A stretch of 63,318 bases of DNA, filler included, from Candidatus Desantisbacteria bacterium CG1_02_49_89 (GTDB taxonomy: Bacteria > Desantisbacteria > UBA1551): assembly GCA_001871075.1 (NCBI GenBank). It is 4 parts of 4 records of this genome, joined end to end, with 100 filler letters (N's around TTAATTAATTAA, not from the genome) between each part and the next. Parts side by side here need not be neighbours in the genome. Positions count along the whole stretch, not along the records: positions 17,246 to 28,913 come from MNUP01000015.1; positions 29,014 to 45,828 come from MNUP01000135.1; 2 more parts are not named here. The stretch is one strand, 5' to 3'. Below are positions 20,692-35,913 of this stretch, one piece after another (within the stretch, counting starts at the first letter, position 1; every line of letters begins with the position of its first letter). The translations under genes and the position numbers were made by a program. Under the pieces are notes generated by a model. The model saw nothing but the letters and a program-made list of their open reading frames with translations, ran no database searches and was not told the DNA's origin.

Positions 20692-22218
20692 ATGAATAAC
20701 AAAATAAAAAAGAATCCCTACGATCATGATTTATTCGGTCTTCATCTAAATCAGGAATTGGAGGATTTTATAGAGGAGATAAATCCTTGGTGGAGCGGAA
20801 GACCCATGCGGGAATTGCCAAAATTTCATCGTTGGTTATTTGAGCATGCGCTACAGCGTTTAAAATCAGGACTTGCGCCTGTGACTGTATTGCGTGGACC
20901 ACGTCAAGTTGGAAAAACAACACTACAGGAGCATGTCATTGCGCATTTAATTGAAAAAGAAAAGATTAATCCGATAAATATTTTACGTATACAATTCGAT
21001 GAAATTCCTTCCTTAAAAGGATTAAAAGATCCTATTTTAAGTATATGTCGTTGGTTCCAGGGTTGTGTTTTAAAAAAGACTTTTAATGAGTCGGCAAAAG
21101 AAGGTCGACCGGTCTACATATTTTTTGACGAAGTGCAAAATTTGATTGATTGGTCTCCGCAGATCAAATCGCTGGTTGATAACCATTCTGTCAGGATACT
21201 TTTAACTGGTAGTTCCGCGCTTCGTATTGAATATGGGCGTGATAGCCTTGCAGGAAGAATCACTACATTAGAACTTGGAACTTTCCTTTTGCGGGAAATT
21301 GCAGAATTGCAGGGTTTTCCGGAAATAGCTCCCTTGCTTAAATTAAATGGATTGAAAGAACTAACTCAGAAAGATTTCTGGGTATTGGTACGCGAGAACG
21401 GAGTAAAACAAAAACTAACACGCGACAGAGCATTTAATCTATTTTCAGATCGAGGCGGTTATCCGGTTGCTCAGGTAAGAACTGATCGCCCTTGGGGAGA
21501 GGTATCTGACCAGCTTAACGAAACAGTAATAAGGAGAGTGATCCAGCACGATTTAAGAGTAGGAGAGCGAGGAAGAAAACGTGATCAAGATTTATTAGAG
21601 GAATTATTTCGTCTTTGCTGCCGTTACATTGGTCAAGCTCCGGGACAGGCTCTGTTTATTACAGAATTACGCAGAGCTTTAACCGCCAATGTTGGCTGGA
21701 ATAGGGTTTTGGCTTATTTGAGATTTCTTAATAATACTTTGCTGCTTAGGTTGGTAGATCCTCTCGAAATTCGAATAAAGAAAAGAAAAGGTCGTCCTAA
21801 GATTTGTCTCTGTGATCATGCTTTGCGCGCAAGCTGGTTGCAGGAGTTTGTTCCATTATCTCTTGAGGGGTTAGATAAGGCTCCTCATTTGAGCGATTTG
21901 GCCGGACATGTTGCTGAAAGTGTGCTTGGATACTTTTTAGGCGGAATCCCCGGGCTTGATGTAGCCTGGTTTCCAGAACGCGGAGCTGAACCCGAAGTCG
22001 ATTATATTATTTCAGTTGGCGAATTTCGGATTCCAATTGAAATTAAATATCGCAGGCATATTGACCTTCATCGGGATACTATAGGTTTGCGTTCATTTAT
22101 AGAAAAAACAATATACAATGCTCCTTTTGGTATTTTAATTACTTTGGATGATAACGTAATCGCCGATGACCAAAGAATAGTTACTATGCCTTTATCATCA
22201 TTCTTGCTTCTTAGATAA
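20692..22218 (+). CDS. AAA+ ATPase (AAA_14) with DUF4143/PD-(D/E)XK-like C-terminus
   Basis: NPWW, GPRQVGKTT, FFDEVQ, LTGSS, GGYP, EVDYII..IPIEIK; visibly more AT-rich than the flanks. Confidence 0.88.
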   Translation: MNNKIKKNPYDHDLFGLHLNQELEDFIEEINPWWSGRPMRELPKFHRWLFEHALQRLKSGLAPVTVLRGPRQVGKTTLQEHVIAHLIEKEKINPINILRIQFDEIPSLKGLKDPILSICRWFQGCVLKKTFNESAKEGRPVYIFFDEVQNLIDWSPQIKSLVDNHSVRILLTGSSALRIEYGRDSLAGRITTLELGTFLLREIAELQGFPEIAPLLKLNGLKELTQKDFWVLVRENGVKQKLTRDRAFNLFSDRGGYPVAQVRTDRPWGEVSDQLNETVIRRVIQHDLRVGERGRKRDQDLLEELFRLCCRYIGQAPGQALFITELRRALTANVGWNRVLAYLRFLNNTLLLRLVDPLEIRIKKRKGRPKICLCDHALRASWLQEFVPLSLEGLDKAPHLSDLAGHVAESVLGYFLGGIPGLDVAWFPERGAEPEVDYIISVGEFRIPIEIKYRRHIDLHRDTIGLRSFIEKTIYNAPFGILITLDDNVIADDQRIVTMPLSSFLLLR

Positions 22219-22253
22219 TAATCATGGAGCAATAAACAATAAGAGAGATAGAG

Positions 22254-23894
22254 ATGAAAAAAGAGGTTTTAATGATTTGTGTAGTCCTGCTTGTCTGTCT
22301 GGCATCTGGCTCAATTGGCGCTGAGAAAAAAACAATTAGGATTGAAGGAGCCAAACAGTTATGCAGAGGTAATCTTGCGGGTACAGAACTCACTAAGGAA
22401 GGACTCATCACACTGAAACAGGCGGGCGTTTCGTCTGTTGATAGCAAACCAATATATTCCACATTTGGAACCTATACTTATGAGATTGCTTTACCTGTCA
22501 ACAGCAGCGTTTTGCAGATAGCTGCCCTGGCTCCTGAAATGCCATCGCAAGAGAAGAGTCCGTTCAAATGGAGTAACTGGCCCTGTGTTACAACTGATAT
22601 CATTACCCAGGTGTGTTTTCTCCAACCCAATGGGGAATGGACTGTTTGGCAGCCTCATAACTTACTTGCGGGCGGCGATTTTAATGATAAGAACCAAAAT
22701 GGTATTCCGGATTGGACGAATGTATTTTTACAACGGTCTGGCCACAATTCCATTTTTGTTGACCGCTCTATTATCGGATGGCAGCCACCCGAAAATAGCT
22801 GGTACTGCAACAATGACATGCCGTTGACTGGTAAATTTATGGATACGATCGGGCTCCCGATAGATGCTTCGCAGTCTTTCCGCTTGGAGCGTCACACCCA
22901 TGACGGACAGGATGTAGCGGAAATGTGCAAGGACCTTGTGCCGCCTAACGCCACGCTCACGGTTTCGGGGTGGAATCGCTACGACATTGAACCGAAAGCT
23001 TCCATGGGAGTAATGGCTCGTTTCCACGAGTATGATGCAGAGGGGCGCCGGATTAACAAGTATGTGTTGTTGGGCGACGATGATTTCCACCAGCCTTCCG
23101 GGCATTCTCTGTGGCAGTGGCGCGCCCTGACGTTTACGACGCTGCCGACTACTGCGAGACTTGGAATCTACCCCATTCGGATGATCACAGCGCAGGGACA
23201 GGCTTGGGCAGCGAACTGGGAAGTGCGCGAAGGTGCCGTCTATTCGGAATGGGGCAGTTCAGAGGCAATTTTTAAAGAAGAGTTTCTGCACCTTGACAAC
23301 TGGAAATTAAGTCACCCGGCAGTTTCCGCTCTTAAACCAAGTGGCTATTCGGGAAGCCATTCACTGGTGATGGAACCGCCTCCGCTTGTTGTGGCTACGG
23401 CTGTACAGAAGGACTTTATCCAGGTGCAAGAAGGAAAACTCTACGCCTTTCGCATTGCCATGCAAAATGACGCCTCTGAGAAGTATGAATTGACCCACGA
23501 GACCTGGGTTTCATGTTATTTTGAATTCTTTGATGAAAATAAACACTTTCTTGATTATGTCAAAGCGATGGCGTTTCGCCCTTCACTGGAGCGACCGATC
23601 GGCGCGGCAATGGTTGCTCCACCTGGCTCTCGGTTCGCCCGGTTTCTACTTGTCGCCTCGCACATCACCTATGGCGATCGCAAGAAAATTACAGAGAGGA
23701 TGTCAGCGTCTTTTAGTGCTTTACAATTGGAAGAGTCAGCATATAACATGACCTGGACACCGCGTCCTGCCGGTGCAGTTATTGAGTTTCAAATGCCGGT
23801 CCGAGCCACAAGAATGAAAATTAAGTCTTTGTTGCTGAGCCGCGATAGACTTGTCAGTCCGTCTTTTAGTGGCTATAGTATTCTTGTATTTTAA
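22254..23894 (+). CDS. Exported hypothetical protein, possibly with carbohydrate-binding jelly-roll domains
   Basis: Signal peptide; NLLAGGDFND/DKNQNGIPDW; Trp-rich beta strands; codon usage differs from the housekeeping genes. Confidence 0.55.
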   Translation: MKKEVLMICVVLLVCLASGSIGAEKKTIRIEGAKQLCRGNLAGTELTKEGLITLKQAGVSSVDSKPIYSTFGTYTYEIALPVNSSVLQIAALAPEMPSQEKSPFKWSNWPCVTTDIITQVCFLQPNGEWTVWQPHNLLAGGDFNDKNQNGIPDWTNVFLQRSGHNSIFVDRSIIGWQPPENSWYCNNDMPLTGKFMDTIGLPIDASQSFRLERHTHDGQDVAEMCKDLVPPNATLTVSGWNRYDIEPKASMGVMARFHEYDAEGRRINKYVLLGDDDFHQPSGHSLWQWRALTFTTLPTTARLGIYPIRMITAQGQAWAANWEVREGAVYSEWGSSEAIFKEEFLHLDNWKLSHPAVSALKPSGYSGSHSLVMEPPPLVVATAVQKDFIQVQEGKLYAFRIAMQNDASEKYELTHETWVSCYFEFFDENKHFLDYVKAMAFRPSLERPIGAAMVAPPGSRFARFLLVASHITYGDRKKITERMSASFSALQLEESAYNMTWTPRPAGAVIEFQMPVRATRMKIKSLLLSRDRLVSPSFSGYSILVF

Positions 23895-23933
23895 CAGAGG
23901 TAGCAGTTTTCGCCATTGCGAGAAGCATGCTGA

Positions 23934-25988
<2,055 letters not shown>

Positions 25989-25991
25989 CTA

Positions 25992-26074
25992 TTGCAAATC
26001 TCAAATTGTAAATTTTAAATTGTAAATTTTTGAAACAATTTGACTTTTGCAATTTGCAATTTGAAATTTTAAAT
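25992..26074. repeat. Inverted pair of 7-mer arrays (TTGCAAA / TTTGCAA)
   Basis: About 5 units forward, a short spacer, then about 5 units reverse complement. Confidence 0.75.
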
Positions 26075-26090
26075 GTTATAAGGGGTATAC

Positions 26091-27959
26091 ATGTGCGGGA
26101 TAATCGGCTATATCGGCAACAGGGACATAATCCCCATCCTCATAGAAGGATTAAAACGCCTTGAATACAGGGGGTATGATTCTGCGGGCATCGCAGTGCT
26201 TGAGAAAGGCAGGATCAGCCTCAGGCGCGCGGAAGGCAAGATCGCTCTGCTTGAAAAACTCATAAAGCAAAAACCTGTTTCCGGCAGCGCCGGCCTTGGG
26301 CACACGAGATGGGCAACGCACGGCCGTCCTTCAGAGGAAAACGCCCACCCGCACAGGGACTGCACCGGCACGATAGTGATAGTGCATAACGGGATAGTAG
26401 AGAATTACCTGGAGCTGAAGGAAAAGCTGAAAAAGAAAGGTCACAGGTTCAGGTCCGAAACAGATACTGAAATAATAGCCCACCTTATAGAAGAACAATA
26501 TTGTAGCGGTGCGGCGTTCCGTCGCACAAATAGTCTTGAACAAGCTGTCCGCAGGGCGCTGAAAGAGATCAGAGGCTCGTACGCGCTGGGCATTATTTCT
26601 TCGAAAGAGCCTGGCAGGATAATAGCCGCGAGGTCAGGCAGCCCCCTTATAATCGGGCTTGGCAAAGGCGAGAACTTCATAGCGTCGGACGTCCCGGCGA
26701 TACTGGCGCACACCCGCAGGATAATCTACCTGAATGACGGCGAATTTGCCGTCCTGACAAGAGAAGGCGTGGATATTACTAAAGCTGACGGTAGAAAGAT
26801 TATCGGGAAAGAACTCGACGGCAGGATAACCGCGGTCGCCTGGAAGGCGGGCGCTGCCGAAAAAGAGGGTTACAGGCATTTTATGCTGAAAGAGATACAC
26901 GAACAGCCCAGGGCTATCGAGGATACTATCAGGGGAAGGATCTCGCCGGACAAAGCTGAGGTCCACCTGGAAGAGCTGGATCTATCGACGCAAAAAATAA
27001 AGAGCATTGACAGGATAATAATAACCGCATGCGGCACTTCCTGGCACGCGGGCCTTATAGGCGAATACATGCTCGAGGACCTTGTCCGCATACCGGTCGA
27101 GGTTGAGAACGCGGCTGAGTTCAGGTACAGGAACCCGATAATCGAAAAGAACACCCTTGTTATAGCGATCAGCCAGTCCGGGGAGACAGCTGACACCCTG
27201 GGCGCGATAAGGGAAGTGCGCGAAAAGAACGGGACCGTGGTTTCCATATGTAACGTTGTGGGCAGCACCATTTCAAGGGAATCAGACGCTGTGATATACA
27301 CCCACGCCGGGCCGGAGATAGGCGTTGCTTCCACAAAGGCGTTCACAACCCAGCTCACCGTCCTTTACCTGCTTGCCATATACATGGGAAAGATAAGGGG
27401 CTTTATCCGGGACGCGCAGGCAAGGGAACTGATAGCCGAACTCCTGAAAGTGCCCGGCATTGTGAAAAGAATGCTGGGGGAGGAAGGGAAAATAATAAAA
27501 CTCGCGGAAAAATTCCGCAAAAAAACCAATTTCCTTTACCTGGGAAGGGGTGAGGGATTCCCTGTGGCGCTCGAAGGGGCCCTGAAACTGAAGGAAGTAT
27601 CGTATATCCACGCTGAAGGCTATCCTGCCGCCGAAATGAAACACGGCCCCATAGCCCTGATAGACAAAAATATGCCTGCTGTCGTGCTCGCGCTCAAAGG
27701 CCGCAGGTATGACAAGATACTGTCCAACATAGAGGAAATAAAAGCCCGCGGGGGAGAAGTAATAGCCCTCGCGTCTGAAGGCGATAAGGAACTTAAAAAG
27801 AAAGCGGACGAAGTCCTTTACGTTCCCAGGACCTGCGTGCAGCTGTCGCCTGTGCTCGCGGTGATACCATTGCAGCTCCTCGCGTATTACATCGCGGTAA
27901 AAAGAGGGTGCAACCCGGACCAGCCAAGGCACCTGGCGAAAAGCGTGACTGTTGAATAA
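26091..27959 (+). CDS. glmS: Glutamine--fructose-6-phosphate aminotransferase
   Basis: MCGIIG, LEYRGYDSAG, GHTRWATHG, SQSGETADT, C-terminal LAKSVTVE. Confidence 0.98.
   Translation: MCGIIGYIGNRDIIPILIEGLKRLEYRGYDSAGIAVLEKGRISLRRAEGKIALLEKLIKQKPVSGSAGLGHTRWATHGRPSEENAHPHRDCTGTIVIVHNGIVENYLELKEKLKKKGHRFRSETDTEIIAHLIEEQYCSGAAFRRTNSLEQAVRRALKEIRGSYALGIISSKEPGRIIAARSGSPLIIGLGKGENFIASDVPAILAHTRRIIYLNDGEFAVLTREGVDITKADGRKIIGKELDGRITAVAWKAGAAEKEGYRHFMLKEIHEQPRAIEDTIRGRISPDKAEVHLEELDLSTQKIKSIDRIIITACGTSWHAGLIGEYMLEDLVRIPVEVENAAEFRYRNPIIEKNTLVIAISQSGETADTLGAIREVREKNGTVVSICNVVGSTISRESDAVIYTHAGPEIGVASTKAFTTQLTVLYLLAIYMGKIRGFIRDAQARELIAELLKVPGIVKRMLGEEGKIIKLAEKFRKKTNFLYLGRGEGFPVALEGALKLKEVSYIHAEGYPAAEMKHGPIALIDKNMPAVVLALKGRRYDKILSNIEEIKARGGEVIALASEGDKELKKKADEVLYVPRTCVQLSPVLAVIPLQLLAYYIAVKRGCNPDQPRHLAKSVTVE
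26502..26528 (+). repeat. In-frame GTAG-type REP hairpin inside glmS
   Basis: tGTAGCG-GTGCGGCG-ttc-CGTCGCAC encodes CSGAAFRRT. Intergenic tGTAGCGGT hairpins occur at ~16874 and ~39159. Confidence 0.7.
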
Positions 27960-27965
27960 TAATAC

Positions 27966-28071
27966 CGTCGTAAGTCGAGCGTCGAACGCCGCGCGCAAAT
28001 ACCGTTATACGTCACAGGTCGTACGTTTTAAAGATTTACACGTACGACGTAAGACGTCCGACGTACGACGT
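27966..28071. repeat. Inverted pair of 7-mer arrays (CGTCGTA / TACGACG family)
   Basis: Same family as the uvrA insertions. Confidence 0.78.
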
Positions 28072-28091
28072 TATTTAAGGAAGGAACAAAC

Positions 28092-28913
28092 ATGGATATT
28101 ATCGCTCAGTTCAAGGAAAAAGCAAGAAAACAGCCTAAGAGGATAGTTTTGCCTGAGACCGGCGACCCGAGGATACTGGAAGCCGCCAGCCAGATAAGGA
28201 TCGAGGCCTTTGCCATACCGGTCCTTGTCGGTAATGAAGCAAAGATAAAAGAAACGGGTATAAAGACCACTGCCATAGAAATAGTCGACCCCATGGCAAC
28301 GCCGAAACTGGAGAAATACGCCGAAGTATACGCCGCTAAAAGGGCGGGCGACAACATAACAAAAGATATAGCCATGAAGCTGGTCAGGAAGAATCTTTTC
28401 TTCGGCGCGATGATGGTAGCCCAGGGGGACGCGGACGGCATGGTTGCGGGTGCGGCAACAGCTACCGCCACCATAATCCAGGTTTCTGCCCTCGCGATCG
28501 GCTACGCCCCTGGCATAAGCACGGCCTCAAGCTTCTTCATAATGATAATCCCCGAGTTCCAGGGCGAGAAAGACAAGATACTGATCTTTGCTGACTGCGC
28601 CGTGAACATTGAGCCCAGCCCGTCCCAGCTTGCCGAGATCGCCGTGGCTTCGGGCAGGAGCGCGAAGAACCTGCTCGAAATGGAGCCCAGGATAGCGATG
28701 CTGTCCTTTTCCACCAAGGGAAGCGCTTCGCACGCCGCCACCGATAAGGTCATCGAAGCATTAAAACTCGCGAGGCAAAAAGACGCCTCCCTGCTCTTTG
28801 ACGGCGAATTCCAGGCAGACACCGCCCTTATCCAGAGGGTAGCGCAGAAAAAACTGAAAGAGCCCAGCGAGGTAGGGGGCAGGGCGAACGTGCTTGTGTT
28901 CCCCGACCTTAAT
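28092..28913 (+). CDS. pta: Phosphate acetyltransferase (3' end lost in the gap)
   Basis: RIVLPE..DPRILEAA, GDADGMVAGA, FADCAVN, IAMLSFST, DGEFQAD, ANVLVFPDLN. Confidence 0.93.
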
Positions 28914-29013
28914 NNNNNNNNNNNNNNNNNNNNNNNNNNNNNNNNNNNNNNNNNNNNTTAATTAATTAANNNNNNNNNNNNNNNNNNNNNNNNNNNNNNN
29001 NNNNNNNNNNNNN
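28914..29013. other. Artificial assembly linker/gap
   Basis: N44-TTAATTAATTAA-N44. Confidence 0.97.
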
Positions 29014-29185
29014 AAGGCAGAATCTGGAAAGTAGGGCGATTTCCAGAACAGGAAGTAACCGTGTGTCTTATCCCCAACAAAAAGATTATTGTGTTAAAAG
29101 ATGAGCAGAAAATCGGAGAGTACCAACTATGAGCGATGTGACATTTTAAGGTTCCCAAATGTGACATTTTGAATGTTGCGGAACA
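29014..29185 (+). mobile_element. Right end of an IS (IS481/ISNCY-like) with a probable transposase C-terminal fragment
   Basis: ORF tail GRIWKVG..KIGEYQL* (29016-29132), then two ATGTGACATTTT repeats (29136, 29159) and a terminal ..GGAACA. Confidence 0.55.
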
Positions 29186-29201
29186 GGTTTTTTATTTTCC
29201 C

Positions 29202-29230
29202 TTGACAAAAGATGGAATTTACTATATAAT
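29202..29230 (+). promoter_or_regulatory. Consensus sigma70 promoter upstream of tRNA-Ser
   Basis: Perfect TTGACA-N17-TATAAT. Confidence 0.8.
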
Positions 29231-29360
29231 ATACTTGCTTAAATATACATCATTAAATATATATCCTAAAGTAATCTTCTGGATAATGGATGGGTGTCCG
29301 CCCGTCCCCTTCGGGGCGGGTCGAGACCTCGCCCGTTCATCCGGAGGATGAAACGGGCGG

Positions 29361-29449
29361 GGAGAGGTGGCCGAGTGGCTTAAGGCAGGCGCCTGCTAAG
29401 CGTCTAGTCCCTTTATCGGGTCTCCCGGGTTCGAATCCCGGCCTCTCCG
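29361..29449 (+). tRNA. tRNA-Ser (anticodon GCT), CCA not encoded
   Basis: Acceptor GGAGAGG/CCTCTCC; anticodon arm GGCGC-CT-GCT-AA-GCGTC; long variable arm; CCGGG-TTCGAAT-CCCGG; discriminator G. Confidence 0.95.
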
Positions 29450-29720
29450 TATTTTTCCCGAAGGGAAAAATGGAGTCCCGATGTAACATCGGGACGGTCT
29501 ATTGCTCTATTCTCCATTTTCAGTAGCAGGGATTCGAAAGGCACTTTCCGCCACTGGGTGAGTGGTCGCCTGAATAAAGGCGACCGTGCTACGAACGCCG
29601 CCGAGATGGTGAGGCGGCTGGAAAAGCGAGTCCGACAAAGAGGACGAGCGGCAGGAAAGTGCCCCGGCTCCGGGTAAATCCGAAACTGTAACCCAGTTCT
29701 ATTGAGGATTTACAAAGGAC

Positions 29721-29740
29721 CGAATCCCGGCCTCTCCGTA
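29721..29740 (+). repeat. Direct repeat of the tRNA-Ser 3' end (att-like)
   Basis: cgaatcccggcctctccgta is identical to 29432-29451. Confidence 0.9.
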
Positions 29741-29800
29741 GTCCCGATATAAAATCGGGACTAGAGCAATGGAGCAATTGAACAATAGAGCAATAGATAA

Positions 29801-32959
<3,159 letters not shown>

Positions 32960-33060
32960 ATTCTTTATTCCCTATTCTTCTTCCCCCTCTAACGGGGGAA
33001 GATGGAGATGAGGGTATTATGAGGGAGAGGGTGGGGTGAGGGGAAAAACAAGAGGATACA

Positions 33061-35733
33061 GTGCCTGCGAGAAAATTAGAAAAAATATTCAACCCCAAAG
33101 GGATCGCGGTTGTGGGGGCGACCAACAAGAAGGGCCACGTTGGCTATTCCCTGATGAAGAATCTTGTGGGCAGCGGCTACGAGGGGATAGTCTATCCCGT
33201 GAACATTACCAGGGAAAGCGTTTACGGAGTAAAAGCGTATAAATCTCTTTCCGAAGTGCCCGGCGAGGTTGACCTCGCGGTTGTGGCAACCCCGGCTGCC
33301 ACCGTGCCCGGCATTGTTGATGAGTGCGGAAAAAAGGGCGTGAAGGGAGTTGTGATAATTTCCTCCGGGTTCAAGGAGGCAGGAAAAGAAGGCGGGGAGA
33401 TGTGCGCGAAGATCCTGGAGACCGCGAAGCTTTACGGCATGAGGATAATCGGGCCCAACTGCCTCGGCTTCATAAAACCCTCGATAAGCCTTAACGCGAG
33501 CTTTGCCAACAAGATGGCGCTCCCGGGCAGGATCGCCTTTATTTCCCAGAGCGGCGCGCTTGGCACCGCTATCCTGGACTGGTCCGTAAGCCAGAATGTC
33601 GGGTTCAGCCATTTCATTTCCATCGGTTCGATGATAGACGTGGGATTCCACGACCTTATAGATTATTTCGGGCAGGACCCCGGGACTACCAGCATCCTGC
33701 TTTACATGGAATCTCTGACCGACGCGAGGCAGTTCATGAGCGCCACAAGGGCTTTCGCGAGGGCAAAGCCCATAATCATCCTGAAGGCGGGCAAGAGCTC
33801 TGAAGGCGCGCAGGCCGCGAAATCCCACACAGGCAGCATTACCGGGGATGACGCGGTTTTTGATGCGGCATTCAAAAGGGCGGGCGCGATAAGGGTGAAT
33901 ACCATCGGAGAATTATTTGCGTGCGCCCAGACCCTGACCGCGCAGAAAAAGGTGCAGGGAAGAAGGCTTGCCATTGTCACGAACGCCGGCGGCGCGGGGG
34001 TTGTTGCCACGGATTCCCTGATCGAGCTGGGCGGCACGCTCGCGAAACTTTCGGACGGGACGATGGCATCCCTGGACGCGGTCATGCCCGCGAACTGGAG
34101 CAGGGGGAATCCTGTTGACGTGCTCGGGGACGCGGATCCCGAAAGGTACAGAAAGGCGATGGAGGCCTGCATCGCGGACGAGGGAGTTGACGGGATACTT
34201 ACGATCCTCACCCCGCAGGCAATGACAGACGCGGCAGGTGTCGCGAAAGAGATCACGGCGCTTCAGGGCAGGGACAAAAAACCCATACTTACCTCCTGGA
34301 TGGGCGAGGAGGACGTGAACAAGGGCAAGGAGATACTTGAAAAAGGCAATATCCCGGTCTACAAGATCCCTGAGACAGCGGCGCGGTCTTTCATGGATAT
34401 ATACAGGTATTCCAGGAACTTAGAGTTGCTTTATGAAACGCCTGCCACCATACCGCACGCGTTCAGGCCGGAAATCGAAAAGAACAGGGAACTCATAAGC
34501 GGCATTATGAAAGAAGGCAGGTTTGCCCTGACCGAATCCGAGGCAAAGCAGGTCTTTGAAAATTACGGGATACCCACGGTAAAAAGCGGGATCGCGGCAA
34601 CCGCGGCCCAGGCAGGGCAGAAGGCAGCGGAAATAGGGTTCCCGGTAGTGATGAAAATACTTTCCCCGGACGTTCTTCACAAGACGGACGCCGGCGGCGT
34701 GAAGCTCGATATAAAAACAAAAGAAGAAGCGGAAAAGGCTTTCGATGAGATCAACGCTTCCGTGAAAAAATATTTGCCTGCGGCAAAAATAGTAGGCGTG
34801 ATAATCGAGGAAATGGTTTCAAAGAGATACGAGCTGCTCATAGGCTGCAAAAAGGACCCGATCTTCGGGCCTGTCATAGTGTTCGGAATGGGCGGCATAG
34901 CGGTTGAGGTTTTCAAGGACGTGGATACAGGCCTTCCGCCGCTGAACATGGCGCTCGCTATGCGCATGATAGAGGAAACAAAGATCTACACCCTGCTGAA
35001 AGGCTACAGGGGAATGAAGGGCGTTGACATCCCGGCGATCCAGTTCCTGCTTTACAAGTTCGCCTACCTTGTTATAGATTTCCCGCAGATAAAAGAGGTG
35101 GACATCAACCCGTTCGCGGTGGACGAGAACGGCGGGGTGGTCCTGGACGCCAAGATCCTGCTTGACGAGAAGACCGCGGGCAAAGACATAAAACCGTATT
35201 CGCACCTGGTCATCCTGCCCTACCCCAAGGAATACGTAAGGCAGAGCAAGATGAGGAACGGCAGGGAGTTCACGCTTAGGCCCATCAGGCCCGAGGACGA
35301 GCCGATGGAAGCGGAGATGTTCAAGAATTTTTCAGAGGAAACCCTGAGGTTCAGGTTTTTCCAGCTCATCAAGAACATAACCCACGAGTTCCTGATAAGG
35401 TTCACCCAGATAGATTACGACAGGGAGATCGCGATAATCGCCGAAGTCGAGGAAGACGGCGGGAAAAAAATGGCAGGCGTGGTAAGGCTGGTCGCAGACC
35501 CGGACATAGAGACGGCGGAATTCGCGATAGTTGTCGCGGACCCCTGGCAGCGCCAGGGCATAGGCAGCATATTCACGGACTACATACTTGAGATAGCCAA
35601 AGAAAAGGGCCTGAAGGCGATCTACGCGAGCGTCATGAAGTCAAATTACATAATGATCCATATGTTCAGGAAGCGCGGTTTCAGGATGGAAGAGAAAGAC
35701 GATATGTACCACGCTGAGCTCATACTGCAATAA
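33061..35733 (+). CDS. ADP-forming acetate--CoA ligase family / GNAT acetyltransferase fusion (Pat/YfiQ-like)
   Basis: CoA-binding AVVGAT, GPNCLG, SQSGA, SHTG; ATP-grasp HKTDAGGV; C-terminal GNAT IRPED..WQRQGIG. Confidence 0.93.
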   Translation: MPARKLEKIFNPKGIAVVGATNKKGHVGYSLMKNLVGSGYEGIVYPVNITRESVYGVKAYKSLSEVPGEVDLAVVATPAATVPGIVDECGKKGVKGVVIISSGFKEAGKEGGEMCAKILETAKLYGMRIIGPNCLGFIKPSISLNASFANKMALPGRIAFISQSGALGTAILDWSVSQNVGFSHFISIGSMIDVGFHDLIDYFGQDPGTTSILLYMESLTDARQFMSATRAFARAKPIIILKAGKSSEGAQAAKSHTGSITGDDAVFDAAFKRAGAIRVNTIGELFACAQTLTAQKKVQGRRLAIVTNAGGAGVVATDSLIELGGTLAKLSDGTMASLDAVMPANWSRGNPVDVLGDADPERYRKAMEACIADEGVDGILTILTPQAMTDAAGVAKEITALQGRDKKPILTSWMGEEDVNKGKEILEKGNIPVYKIPETAARSFMDIYRYSRNLELLYETPATIPHAFRPEIEKNRELISGIMKEGRFALTESEAKQVFENYGIPTVKSGIAATAAQAGQKAAEIGFPVVMKILSPDVLHKTDAGGVKLDIKTKEEAEKAFDEINASVKKYLPAAKIVGVIIEEMVSKRYELLIGCKKDPIFGPVIVFGMGGIAVEVFKDVDTGLPPLNMALAMRMIEETKIYTLLKGYRGMKGVDIPAIQFLLYKFAYLVIDFPQIKEVDINPFAVDENGGVVLDAKILLDEKTAGKDIKPYSHLVILPYPKEYVRQSKMRNGREFTLRPIRPEDEPMEAEMFKNFSEETLRFRFFQLIKNITHEFLIRFTQIDYDREIAIIAEVEEDGGKKMAGVVRLVADPDIETAEFAIVVADPWQRQGIGSIFTDYILEIAKEKGLKAIYASVMKSNYIMIHMFRKRGFRMEEKDDMYHAELILQ

Positions 35734-35913
35734 ATACAGTGGTCAGTGGTTAGTTAGTGGATAGCGGGTAGCGGTTGCAATGTAGGGGCTCAATTCATTG
35801 AGCCCGGGATCGCGTAGGGGCGACCTTGGTCGCCCGAAGATCATTGCGACCCGCCGTCGAGGCGGGGAAGCAATCTTGTAGCTGCAGGGCTTGCCCTGCA
35901 AATAGGGGCGCAA

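Noticed and set aside
25989-26090. glmS ribozyme upstream of glmS
   Set aside because: The 100-bp spacer is filled by AT-rich heptamer arrays, with no ribozyme core.
29529-29728. RNase P RNA (GGAAAGTGCC motif)
   Set aside because: The motif pairs locally with GGCACTTTCC. The GAGGAAAGTCC and 3' P4 consensus are absent and the segment is too short.
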